Shown here piece by piece: positions 48,100-60,589 of a stretch of 64,000 nt of DNA; within the stretch, counting starts at the first letter, position 1; the number at the start of each line of letters is the position of its first letter. The notes beneath the pieces are model-generated. The model did not search any database. It was not told the DNA's origin and saw nothing but the letters and a program-made list of their open reading frames with translations. The translations under genes and the position numbers were made by a program. This DNA is from Octopus sinensis (taxonomy: Eukaryota): the NCBI RefSeq assembly GCF_006345805.1, contig NC_043019.1, forward strand, positions 18,227,360 to 18,291,359, written 5' to 3'.

Positions 48100-50640
48100 C
48101 CTGAGTTATTTTTTATATATTGTTCCTGCATGTGCATCATTTCTCTCTGGGAACAGTGAACCATGCACGATGACTCACACCAGAGATAATTGATGGATTC
48201 ACTGTTCTGGCAGGATCAGCAGGAACGAATAAGAGGAAAAGCAGGTATTTTCTTCAAAAGCCCTTGATGTTGTACCAGTATGAAGAAATGTGTTGAGTAT
48301 GTCATGAGTGTTAGCCTCTTGTGCAACACTGAAACCATGGTTCCCTGCTGCTAAAGTCCATAAAATGAACTCCCAGTTCTATCAGGAGCAAACATCTACA
48401 ATTCACACAGCTCCAGCACTCAGCCTTGAGCTATATTCCAACTACAAAGAAATGGATTATTAGCATTAAAAGGAGGATGTTAAATATGACCAGAATTATT
48501 TTATGCATATGCCACAAGAACCAAATACCTTCCAGAGATTCTATGAAACAACTCAACTTGGGGAAAAAATAGCAGGTAATGCTAACCTATGCAAGGAGTT
48601 TACAGCTGCTGTAGACAACAAAGCCATCATTCTCTGTGACAGACTTGTGGATAATAACAGTGTTGCATATAGACACCCTAAACTGAGACACAACACTGGA
48701 AATGCTTCAAAGAAGAGAATGCAGACACTACCTTTGCTTCTAATAAGCAGATAACAACAGGCTGGAGAAGAACTGAAGAAAACAGCCAATCTGAGTCCAC
48801 TGGGGATGTTAAAATAAAGGTTTAACACCTTCCATAATAAAAGCAAGCATATTGCTGTCTTGTGCAGCTCTGCTGTAACTTACCAAGAGAGTGTCTTTAA
48901 TGATCTGCATAGCAAGAGGGGGGGGGACTGACCAGAGGACAACTGTAAAGCATCAAACTGAATAATGATCATTTCTTCAAGCACAGAGTAGCAGAGGAGC
49001 CCCCAGCCATCATTTGGAAGCATCTTGTCTTCCACAAAAATCTTTGGATTTTGGTAACAAGATCTATAAAGAAAACAAACTGACAGCCTTCTCAAAGTCT
49101 TCAGTTATCCCAGTTTTAAAGAAACATGATCTCCATCCATTTCAGAGGAATCATATCTTCACTTCTAGCCTCAAAAATCTACACCTCTTTGCTTCTTAAT
49201 AGAATTTCCTTTCATGTTGTTCTCTTCTTAAGGTGGAACCAAAATGGCTTCCATGATGGCAGATCAACATTACCATAGATCCTTACCTTTCAAAGAATTA
49301 TAGAAGGGACAAAAATTGGTTTTATTTATGGATTTTTTCAAAACTTTTGATAGTGTCAATGGAAAAGCCATATTTCATAGCCTCTTGGTCTATGGTACCT
49401 CAAATGATATTGTCTGAGCATGTGGGTTGGCTGAAAGGTTCATAGTCTGGCCAAGATACTCTCAAGGAACATGATCAAATGGAGTTTATTTTTCAACACA
49501 ATCCCTCTTACGATCCACACACTTCTTCCATTGGTGTTGCAGTGCTTGGATCCCATTGGTGAAGAAGCTTTCTATCCTGTTGGTTAAAAAAAAAAGTCAT
49601 CAACTGCAGACATGATGTCATCATCACTGCAAAGTGCTTTTTTCATGTTGAGGGACAGATGGGGCTAAATAAGGAGACTTAGGGACAGTGATCAACGAGT
49701 TCAAAGCTACAATTATACACAGCAACCATTGAAACCAAGGACTTGTGTGCTGGAGCATTTTCCTAATGAAACAAGACCCCTTTTGTCAGTCTTCCTGGGT
49801 GTTTGGTCTTGATTGCCTTCCAAAACTACCCCCAGCAAATTGACATAGGACTTTCCGTTGATGGTCTGGGTTTTTGAAGATAGTCAATAAACACAATGCC
49901 TTTTGCATCCCCGAAATACTGAGGCCATCACCTTCCCTGCAGATGAAACGACCGTGGCTTTGTTTGGGGCAGGTGAGGAGGGGTGTTTCCACTGCATGGA
50001 TTGTCTCTGGGTCAAAGTGATGAAGCCAACACTCATCCTGAATGAAGAAACATTCAAGGAAACCAGCTGGATCTGGCTCAAGCAATGTCAGATTTACCAG
50101 TGATGTGATCAGCCTGGTGCACTTTTGGTTTCGTGTCACACAACATGGCACCCACAAAGCAGAAACCTTTGTCATTGTGCAGAATATGCTAGCAGCATTG
50201 GCTTTTTTGATTTATAGTCAATCTCCTGTCATCCATCAGCATGTGGTGAATGCAATCAATATTTTCTTTGGTGGTGGCAGCTGCAGGACGTCCAGTCCCT
50301 GTGTCATCTCCAAGACTCTCCCTTCTGTGAGATTTCGTGGCCAGCCAATTAACTTTTCAGCCTCCTCTGATAATCACCATCATATATGAAAAAACCAAAT
50401 TTTGTACAAAGCACAGTGAGTCTAGCTATTGTTTCCAGAAATGGTAGGAATCCTTTAAGGAGAGTCCTTTAACCCCTTTTCTCTTTCTGATTGTAATGGC
50501 CTTAGGCAGTGTCCTGGACCTCTGAAAAAAAAGATGAGCTCTCTGTTGAGGTTTTACCCACTCTAGCCGACAGGAGTACTTACTTCCCAGCTCCATATTC
50601 TGGGCGGCGGTGGTGCACCATTGTTTTTGATGACCTGATT
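48100..50640 (+). mobile_element. RTE-clade LINE (EN plus RT remnants) split by a nested mariner
   Basis: SKIYTSLLLNRI, WNQNGF, FMDFFKTFDSV, LLVYG before 49420; the frame resumes ITIIYEKT...VGIL*GE after 50372. Confidence 0.75.
49421..50372 (-). mobile_element. Mariner transposon, internally decayed, with both ends
   Basis: KVSALWVP, QDECWLHHFDPET and QSMQWKHPSSPAPNKATVVSSAGKVMASVF; TIR-like ends GGGTTGGCTGAAAGGTT / AACTTTTCAGCCTCC; TA at the right end, TG at the left. Confidence 0.85.
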
Positions 50641-52327
50641 CTGCAGTCCCAGTTACTATTCTCCGTTGGGACAGCTTCATGTGTGTATATATAATATACA
50701 CACATGCTGTATAATGTTAATAGGAATAGAGAGTATATATGTAAACATTGTCATTTTAATTAGATCTGCATGCCGGGAAGATGAACATCACAACACCTCT
50801 TTATCTCACGTTTATACAGAATTAGTTCACAGGTCGGTGGATATTGTTGGTTATTAGAAGTTTAATCACAAAGTTTTATGGATTAAAAAAAAAACTCCCA
50901 GGTTAATAAGTAGTAGTAGTAATAAGAAGGTAAAGCTACTTAAGTGTGTAAGGTAAAAGGTAAGTCTATATTTAGACTCTCGGCAGTTTGTTAGTCGTGT
51001 AGTAATCGTGTTTTCAGCCATTTCACTTACTAACGGGCTACAAAAGAATTTTTTTTTTCTCTCTCTTTGGTTATTTATTTATTTTGCTTTCTTTGTTCAG
51101 CCATAGCATTACGTTCTCACCTTTGTTTCCCTTTTATAATAAGCCAGTAATAGTAGGCGGTTGTTCTTTGTGGACAGGTGTAGTTAGGTGAAAATGTCTC
51201 CATTCGCCTTCATGATTATGTCTCGGGTTTTTACAAAAGAAACTTAGCAGCATGTGGTAGCTTTGGGATCCTTCGACAGTGTAATGCAAAAAAGCGTTAG
51301 TTGGAACTCTGATTCGGTGTTGGTTTGGGACTAAATTGACGTTCGTTTATACATGGGACGGTTCCACCGAAGCCGTGCTGGCAGTGGTAATCGGTGGAAA
51401 TATTTTTTGTTCTGTGACCAGTGTAAAATTTATGTTAGCCACTCGTCTTTCAGAACAGGATTTAGTGATTTCAACCTTTAGCAATGGAACTGAATTTTTT
51501 TTTTCTCTTCAGGTCTGAAAGCCGACGTTCCTACACTTGGATGCTTGTCGATTGTTGTTTAGCTCCAGTTCAGTTGACTGGATTACATTGCCTAACGTGC
51601 CCTGCCATTTTTTAAGACTAGCTAATCTGGCTATTATTTCTAGCATGTTAAGCTATAGAGCCTCATTGTCCTACGTCAGTCGGCTCCCCCAAACAGCTAA
51701 ATATTATTAGAACAGTTATATAACACTTATTTCATGCTCTACGGTTTTAATGTTTGTTGAGATGTTGGTTTTCTAGCATTTTTTCATCTCTACTCTCATC
51801 CAATAGTTAGAGGGTGGCTGTAGAGAGACGGACGACGGCGAAATTCTTTACTCGAAGTGTTGGAACGTTCGCTTCGTTCCTATTATTAATTAAGATTAAA
51901 AGTAGTCGACGAAGGGCTTCGTCTCGAAACCGTGTGTAGTCTGACATGTAGTATGATAGATATTACATTGTGTTAATAAATTTAATAGTTTTTACGTGTC
52001 TATTATTTATCATTTCTTATTAAATAATTATCTGGCCAACTTGTACAAAACTACATTTCACCACGTGTGTCTGTTGGGGGAGTTTCTTTCTTTCTTCGTC
52101 TCCCCCACCACCACCCGGGTTCCTCTGTGTTTCAATGTCGATACCTTGTTTGGCAGACACCCCACATTTCAAACACTCTCTCTCTTCCTCCTCCCCCTCT
52201 CACTGGACTCGCTCTGCCGGATGTGTTACCCACGAGTACTTTCCTCCTTAACGGATTTATTTTTACGATGATGGCTGTTTTGGCTTTGTTAAAATGGTGC
52301 TGCTTAAAGTGTGCGTATGTGTATGTT

Positions 52328-52398
52328 CGGTACTACTTGAGAACAGAGGTCCCGATGCGCGACTGCGCGCACCGGGACACTGTACTCAAGTAGTACCG
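52328..52398 (+). other. 71-nt GC-rich hairpin (pre-miRNA-like or palindromic element end)
   Basis: 30 base pairs: a perfect 14-bp base stem CGGTACTACTTGAG/CTCAAGTAGTACCG plus 4-, 6- and 6-bp segments; 4-nt loop ACTG. The structure is certain, the function unknown. Confidence 0.5.
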
Positions 52399-52789
52399 CG
52401 TATTCAATGTCTATGTTTTATACCGAGTCCTTCCGTCACAAACATTAAAAGTTAAGGTGATTTGTATAAATGGTCAACGTATTTCATTAGTAACAATTGT
52501 GCTGTGGTACCAGTGCCTGCTGCCTTTATTCTGGCAATTAAAGCATTTCTTTAATGAGATTGTTCTTGGTTATATCGTATTTTCCCGGCTGTCTCTCAAC
52601 TAGTAGACCTGATCTAGTGTATTTTCCTTATAATTAACTATTATTTAGTTAAGCTGCTTTTAATTGGAGGAAGAAAAAAACATTGTCGTTTGTAAAGTGA
52701 GTTGAATAAGAAATGTTTGCAGTAGAGTATTATGTAAAGATTTAAGAACTGCTGAGTTAAGCCGTTGGATCATGGCTAAAAGCTTTGTG

Positions 52790-52793
<4 letters not shown>

Positions 52794-52848
<55 letters not shown>
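52794..52848. repeat. (TA)n microsatellite
   Basis: Direct reading. Confidence 0.95.
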
Positions 52849-52852
<4 letters not shown>

Positions 52853-55699
52853 ATATATATGTATACATACACACATAAGGCGTTCAAAACTATTGAATCT
52901 GTGGTCCTCCTATCTGGTAAGAACTAACTTGAGTAACGAATTCAACTTGGGCTTATTTTCTGTCCAGAAAGAAAAATAATTAATGAGGGTAAATCGAAGT
53001 TTGAAGCTTATACATTTAGTTAATGAATTCGGCTGTCTTAATTAAGTTAACAGCTGTTAACTTAATTAATATTATGTGTATGAGAGGGGGAGTGGAGGAA
53101 GGGAGAAGAGAAAGATGGAGTCGTTATTAATGAGTATTAAGCTAATGTGTCGTGGAGATAGGGATTATCTTGTGATTACTGCATTGAGCTCCCTCTTCCA
53201 GGGGATCTTTTCAAATATGGTGGTACTTCATCTTGGAAGAGGATGTTTTTGCCTGCATTTCCAAGATGTGGGAATGTCGTGTGTAGTAGATTGGCTTCCT
53301 ATCCCATTGTAAATTGTCATCCACTTCATAGTATAAAATTGCATTTCACACTTTCATTTTATATTTGATGGTAATGTTTAAAACTCTTGAGCAGCCAAAT
53401 TTGGTGACATTTCTTGGATATGGTTCCAGTCTGTTGCTATCACCAAAACACATCACAAAGAAATTGTCATGAAACAGTTCTTGTCCTGATAATTCACCAA
53501 AATATATTCAAGTAGGCCACTTCTACATTTATACGATTAAGATCTTGTCTCTGCCAGCCTCTACTTGGTGATGTTAATTAAAAAAGAAAATTTTTTTACT
53601 ATATTGCACATCTTGATTAGCAATTAAGTAAATAGCATTTATAATTAAAATATTTTCTTTTAATTCCTTCTTGTGTGTGTGTGTTTCTTTGGTGTTATAC
53701 GGTTGGTTTCTCAATATTCAGAAAGCTTGTGGAATGTTGTGGAGGCAAGGGTTAGCTGCTTATTTTGTTGAATGGATTAGATCCTGGATTGTTGATCTTC
53801 ACACTTTCTTGTTAACCTTCTTGTCAGACCAGCAATTGACTGGTCAGGAATGTTGACTTTGAAACTGGTTTCTTATGCAGTCTTCAGTCTTGGAAACTCT
53901 TGCATCCGCCAACATATGATGCCATTAACTGACTCCACTCAAGACTTGTTATAATCACCTTAATCATTCTTTTGGCAACTACTTACCTTCAGATTCTGTT
54001 GGAAAATCGGGGAACGGTTCCATATTCTTTTCTACTCTAGACACAAGGCCTAAAATTTTTGGGGTGGGAGCTAGTCTATTAGATCAACCCCAGTACACAG
54101 CTGGTACTTAATTTATCAATCTGGGAAAGATGAAAGACAAAGTCGACCTTGGCAGAATTTGAACTCAGAACGTAAAGACAGACGCAGTACTGCTAAGCAT
54201 TTCACCTGGCATGCTAACGGTTCTGCAGCTTGCCCTGCCTTAAACAGTTCCATACTGGCTCTCCTCTGTCCCTTCAGTTGCTGGAGGTGGTTCCAGGTTT
54301 GATCCTGCTCAGGTATCTGCTACTCTAGTCTCATGTTGACCAAAACACCTTGTGAATGGAATCTGGAAGCTGGAAAAACATCATCATTGTTATTATTCAG
54401 GACCTTTTTTTTTTTTTTGTGCCTGTGTAATGGATAATATTCTGAAAATTAATATTAAAGGCTAACTGACTTATGGTATTTAATTTTATCTCTGCAAATT
54501 TGTGTCAAGAGTTTAATTCAGTAGGTACCAATAATTACTACGCACGTTTTTCTTATGATTTACTCTTACCCCTAAGTTTTAAAGAAAAGGTCTGCTAATT
54601 GCTGTTATGTCTTGACTCTTTCAACCACTCTCTTCAATTAAACGATAGGTATGTATGATTTATCGTTCAATGACAGCCGTACAGGTGTGCAATATATGAT
54701 GGTAGCATTCGCACATTGCCTTGTTTAAAGTTTTACTGTCTCTGTTTGTATACCATTGCAGGAAGGGAGTGGGTAGGAAGGAAGAGCAGACAAATTTCTC
54801 TTCACTCTGTAAAGGTCTCATGTATAACTTTATAGAATTCCAACTCTTGACAACTGTTAAATGTTAAAACATCTCCCCTAAATACATCAAAACAAAGTCA
54901 CCAAGTCCCATTTCATGCGTCTTACCCTTGCTATTATTGTTTAGCCTTGGGTCATCCCTGCTCAAAGGCCTTCTTACTGAGACACTCCTGCCTTTTTACA
55001 AGCAGTTTCCAGAGTCAAGTTATCTAATATGAGCACCTTTTTTTAAGACAGTAGGGTTTTATTTGAGGATGATTTTCTGATGGTTCTTAGCAGGTTGAGC
55101 TTCCGTATGTTGTTATAACAGCCGTGCTCTTAAGACATACTGGGCAAGTCTTCTATAGCTCCAGGCTGGCCAGTGCCTTGTGAGTTAGATGGAGGCTGTG
55201 TAGAAACTTGTATTTGAGTTTGTGTTGGTCTCCTCTCATCACTTGGCAAGTGCTGGTTTGTTGACATCCCCATGACCTACTGGATTGGTAAAGGAGACTG
55301 GTAGAATAAGTACTGGGGTCAATTTATTTGACTTAACCCTTCGGGGATGAGGTGGAGGGAGCAGCACGGCTGTAACCCAATGACTGAGGCAAGTAAAAGA
55401 TGTGTATTGTTTGAGCGAAGCCTCATGCTGTCAGCTCCTCTTTTGTAACAGCTAGACCACTGTTTTCTGTTTTATTTGTTTTAAGTTTGACAGCTTCACA
55501 TATTATTATCTCAATTTAGAATTGTCTTTCTACTCTATTCCTGTTACAGGCTTAGTCTGGGTGAGGTGGAGAAAGTTGTGCTTGGTGTGGCCTCTGACAG
55601 TCATCCATATCAGAGTTTGGCAAATCCTGGTGTCTAATCTTGGGCTTGAAGTTGACGATCCAACTTCACACACACACAGGTCAAATAAAGTGGAAGGGT

Positions 55700-56750
55700 C
55701 GATGGAGTATAGTAGTCCATTGCAAAACCTTCAGCTGTGTCAGAGGCGCTTGTAGGTGAAGGATTCATTTGTCAACTTGAGGAATTTATCTTTTGTACTA
55801 TCAATGTCAGAAATTTCGTCTCTTCAATGGCAATGATTGACTCTTTTTGCCCATGCAGTGTTTTCATATTCTGTTGTTTCGATTTTGTTTGTGAATTCAC
55901 AATGTGGAGAAGTAGCATTGGGTGGTTAGAATTTGGCAAGAAAGGGTTGCAACGCATATTCTTGGAGCCAAGCCAAACGGCCAGAGCGCCAAGGGGTGGA
56001 TTGTGGGTGAGGGGATTGGTTAATGTCCATGTTCTCAGTCGGTCATATTTTGAAATCCAGCCAGAAAGTGTAATGGTGCTTGTGATGAGGCTGAAGGGAG
56101 GTGGTGTTAAGGTCTGCGTCTATTGTGTAATGTTTAATAGGCAGGTGAATCAAAAAAAACATACAATGTCCCCCTGTTAATATTCATCAAGCCCCACCAG
56201 CAATAAAACTGGCAAGGGGGTTACTGCAGTTGCATAGGGGTAGAGAATGTGGGTCTAATTTAGCATTGAAGAGAATGTGACCACAGGTTTTGTTGAAGAA
56301 TGTTGTGTTTGAAGCTATTTTCTGTTGAGGTTGTGTCAAGTTTGTTGAGACAACATGACTTGCAGAAAATACCAATTCTATTCTATGTAGAGATGTGACA
56401 TCATTCCTGGAATAACCCTGGAATTTAATTTTTGCAGTTAAAGGGTTAAAAAGAATTGGTGCTTTCCTTTCTTCTTTCTTAATTTCTTTTTTTACACCTG
56501 AAGCTTTTTGTGGAAATGTGATTATCAATTTCCTACCAAATGGTGGCAGGAACGGTGTTGGGGCTTGGCTCCTCCCTTTGGTGTGTTGCTGCTATTTCTT
56601 CAGCCAAATCCAGCTTTTGCTCCAGTTGAGATGATTATCCTGCATTTCACTTCCTTCCCACGCTGGCAAAACAGCCCCACTGCAATTGCGAGGACCCTGT
56701 TTCCTTCCCACATGTTTAGGGGAAAGTAAGGTAAAGATTACACCACTTGA
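55700..56750 (-). mobile_element. Decayed non-LTR retrotransposon (I/Jockey/CR1-like RT region)
   Basis: Strand-asymmetric composition; minus-strand remnant YVFFDS (LGV.FDS.L-like); many stops. Confidence 0.35.
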
Positions 56751-58539
56751 TCATTGGTTCAAATCTCACTGTTGCTATTTCTGGATCAAGTGCCTTCAGT
56801 TCATTTAGCTGTTGTTTCATCTGGAAATTATGTGCCGGGAGAAGTGGATTTACATTTACACACTTCACAAATCCAAATGCCTCTCTTGCTACGCTTCTTA
56901 AATAGTTCTATCCTGTATCTTGGTTTTGCCTGAGAGGCTTTTTCTTTTTTTTTTTTTTTTCACATGAGCTCATTTTTCCAGGTTTTATGTAATTCATTGA
57001 ATAGAATTGCAATATAAATTTGCATATATCTTGAAAGACTGTTTTCTTATCAAGTCTATCAGTTAATTGAAAGTACAAAGTTTAGAATGCTGGCCTGCTT
57101 TTTGTTGCAGGATTAATCTAGGGACAGGAAGTGAATGGCCTGGAGATTGGCTGTTTTACAATGATCTTAATAAAAGACTTGAGTACAGAAATTCTCTCAG
57201 TCTATGGTCTTCATATGCGATATATTTACTGTAGGATAGAGTTGGTATTGTTTATCTGGTTCACCTTGAGTCAAAAGTTTTAGTTTTAATCTGCCTTTTA
57301 TTTTTTTATTTTTATAAAAAATTTTTTCAAGCGTAATGTTATGACTATGTTATCTCATGTGTTCTGAGGGGGAATCTGTTGTTTCTAGCTGATTAAACGA
57401 CTAAATAAAGGCTCCCATGGTTTATGAGATATCTGACTTCGTATATATTGGCAGATGGGTTGCAAACTGATAGAATGATGGTGATGATCAGATGCAGAAG
57501 TAAAAGATAGAGCACAAATGTAAAGCTGGATATGAAACTGAAGGAAGATGAATCAGATGTGCTGCTGCAATCTAAAATAGTTTATCTGGTTTAGAAGTCA
57601 ACATTGAATTGTTTAAACTTTGGTAAATGCTAACATGCCAGCAGCAGCACCACTGTCGTTGGTTCTGTTGATTTTGTCTGGTGAAATGCATAATGGTTTC
57701 TTAAGTAATTCTATATATTCCACTAATTTGCTTCTGTTTGAAAGGTTGACAGTATAGGTGCAAACATTGCTGTGTGCTTGATGTGTTTGGGTCACAACCC
57801 AAGATTTCTGTTTAGGACAACAGTATGTCACCTTTGGGGGCCAACTGAAGCCCTTGTCAGTTTGAAAGAAGCCTGTCTTATTTGCAAATATGTTTGAATC
57901 GGTTTACCATGACATTTGCATGTTGTTTGTTTCTAATCTTCCTTGAAAGCATGTCTGGCTTTTGTGTGGTTCATATTTGAAAAATTTGCAGAATATTTAC
58001 TTTGCATAGAAACAGGTGAGTGTTGGCTACAGGAAGAGCACCTGACTGTAGACAATGAATTTTGCCTGACCCGCGCAAGCATGGACAATGAACATAAAAC
58101 CATTGGTGGTTATAGGGTTTGCAGCACAACCATGTGGCTCTGGTTTTGTTCCTATTGTGTGGTATCTTGAGCAAATATGCGAATGGAAACTTTATGGAAG
58201 CCTACTGTATGTGTGAGTGTGAATTGATTTTGTGTGTAGTCATTAAAGCAAGCATTGTTTACTTTCTCTGATGTTCAGCTGACACATTAGGACCGGTGGA
58301 CTGAAACAATACCTTGCTTGAAAACTAATGGTTGGCAACAGGTGAAAGTGCATCTAACCCATGCCAGCATGGAAAAACAGTTGGTTTCCACTTGTTTGTG
58401 CCCTGCCTTTGTCTTCTTGAGAGTTGACATCTATCTGGAAGTCCTATTTCAGCTGTTCTTCCTCTTTATATTATGTCTGAGATTTTGTTCTGTATTTTCA
58501 GGTTTTGTATTTATACATTTAAATTAATTCAGACAAAAC

Positions 58540-58602
58540 ATGAATGCTGAAAAGTTACGACAACTTCAGAATCAGGTGAAAGATATCCGTATTGGTGGTA
58601 AG
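58540..58602 (+). CDS. BTF3: BTF3 / NAC-beta first coding exon (MNAEKLRQLQNQVKDIRIGGK)
   Basis: Acceptor TTCAG|ACAAAAC-ATG, donor AAG|GTAAGC; matches the NAC-beta N-terminus MNQEKLAKLQAQVRIGGK. Confidence 0.95.
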
Positions 58603-60209
58603 GTAAGCACACTGAATTTTTATAGATTTAACGCTTAATAAAATCCCTGATCTGTGTTTGCTAGTTCTTTGATAGGATCAAGATAAAACTAACGCCTTTT
58701 TTTTTTTTTTTTTTTTTTTTTTTGGTCTGTTCATAATTTGATATTTTTTATGAGATTTTTCATAACATTTTTGCCCCTTCCTAAAAATGTTTCCATTTTC
58801 TTAGATGGGGAGGCGTGGTTAGATTTTATCCCCAGTGGGTTATTGGTATGTGTGTGTGTGCATTGCTGTATTGTCGGGTAGTTAGTTTCTGTTGTACTTC
58901 ATCTACACTCCAGTCTACCTCTACACTTTGAAAAAATCTTCAATGTTACAACTTCACACTAAATGCCATCAGGAATCGATGGCTTTCAAGAGGTAAAACT
59001 GACAACACACATACCTTGATATAAGGTGACATAATATGCTGTGGGTTGGAAACTACTCACCTCTTGGCCACAAATAAAAGCAATTGCAAACCTTTCAAGG
59101 ATCAACTGTGTTCTCTTACAAAGGTTCATTGTAAGCAGAAAGCACTTCTTTAAGACATTTGATCCCTTTGAAGCATGGGCTATTGACAATATTCTCCAAT
59201 ATACTTCCCTCTGGGTTCCCTATTCTACTTCTCTCCTCTCTTAGTTTTCAACTGTCATCAATGCTTTTGTAACTTTTTTTATCCCCCAAAGTAGGGGCTT
59301 CAGTCTTACACAACCGCATTTTTACCTCTGAGAAGAAGTGGTCCATATTAGCCTAGTCCCTACTCTTGACCTGCCTGGCATGGGAGGGTACACAAGCCAC
59401 TACACTGCAACAAGAGTTGGACCTTGTGGAAACCAAAGGTATACTGTATTTAATGGGATGTTTTGTCACCAGTACTGAGCTGAAATCTTCTTTGCAGTGG
59501 GTCTGGAACATGCAGTGTAAATGGAGTTATGGAGGGGCAAGAAATATAAGTGCTTTGGTTAGTAGTCATGTTGTGCTCATTTGCTAATAGATTCTGAAGA
59601 GGTTCAATATGCTGTTATAAGTGAAAGATCTTTTTCAATAAGATATCAAAGTCTCAGATTTGCTATCAGAAGTTCAAATTCACTGGAGATATTTTCTTGT
59701 CACCAAGCAAAACAGTTTGTTGAACAGGTTTGTGATTTTATTGTAACCAAAACTTTTGGCAGAAATTACCAACAAGCATCCTCTCCAGCATGTATATCAG
59801 CTAAATAATCTTATTGTTATTGTCTTGTAGAGCTGGCCAGAGACATCTAATTTAGTGCTGTAGAGTCAACAAGCAGGTTTTGTCTTCACTCCTTGCCATA
59901 TTGTTTTATAAATATCTCTTTAAAATACCCTTTCTCCATTTTTTTTTCTTAAGGCAGAAGTGTTTGTTATAGAAACAAGAAATAACATTCTGAATGAGTT
60001 TCTGTTGTACTTCATCTGAATGAGTAAATTCAAACATCTGGTTGTAGTAGGTCTTGTGTCAGTGAAAAGCATAAACATCAGATTTCTAATTCCTTTTCGA
60101 AATATGTAGGTTTGTGCCCCCCCCTCTCTCTTAGAAATCATTGCTGTTGTTATTTATCAATGAGTACTTTGTTTCTAAATTGCCATTTACATTTTATTTC
60201 TGTTGACAG

Positions 60210-60323
60210 GGAACAGCCAGAAGGAAAAAGAAGGTTGTCCATCGCACTGCAACCACTGACGACAAGAAGTTGCAGGGTTCACTGAAGAAGTTGACAGTCA
60301 GCAACATTTCTGGCATTGAAGAG
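60210..60323 (+). CDS. BTF3: BTF3 / NAC-beta second coding exon ([38 protein letters not shown]); gene continues past the window
   Basis: Acceptor TTGACAG, donor GAG|GTGAGT; 114 nt; ribosome-binding RRKKK motif and start of the NAC domain. Confidence 0.97.
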
Positions 60324-60589
60324 GTGAGTGGGAGGGTGAAGATGGTTGTATTGTCATATTTGACGTACTGGGTTTGTTGTTGTTTAAACTCCTGTGTCCC
60401 TTGCTTGATGTTCATCTCTTGCTTGATGTTCATCTATGGAAATTTGTGTTGCAAATGGTTGCTGAAGAATGAAAGTGATCTTTCTAGTCTTTGATTCTCT
60501 TTTAAAAGCAATAATTTGCATCTGTATTTTCAGTTTTCTTTTTGTTTTTCTCCTGATAGTTAATTTACTTCATTATTTGAATAGCACAC

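Noticed and set aside
51212-51312. Possible C/D snoRNA (ATGATT...CTGA); a similar GTGATGA...CTGA at 57481-57540
   Set aside because: Degenerate C box or no terminal stem, and no rRNA/snRNA antisense element I could recognise; snoscan/Infernal would be needed.
55737-56180. 147-aa plus-strand ORF in BTF3 intron 1
   Set aside because: Antisense shadow of a decayed LINE; no coding-like features or frame link to BTF3.
60401-60436. 18-nt tandem duplication TTGCTTGATGTTCATCT(C/A)
   Set aside because: Two copies only; ordinary slippage in an intron.
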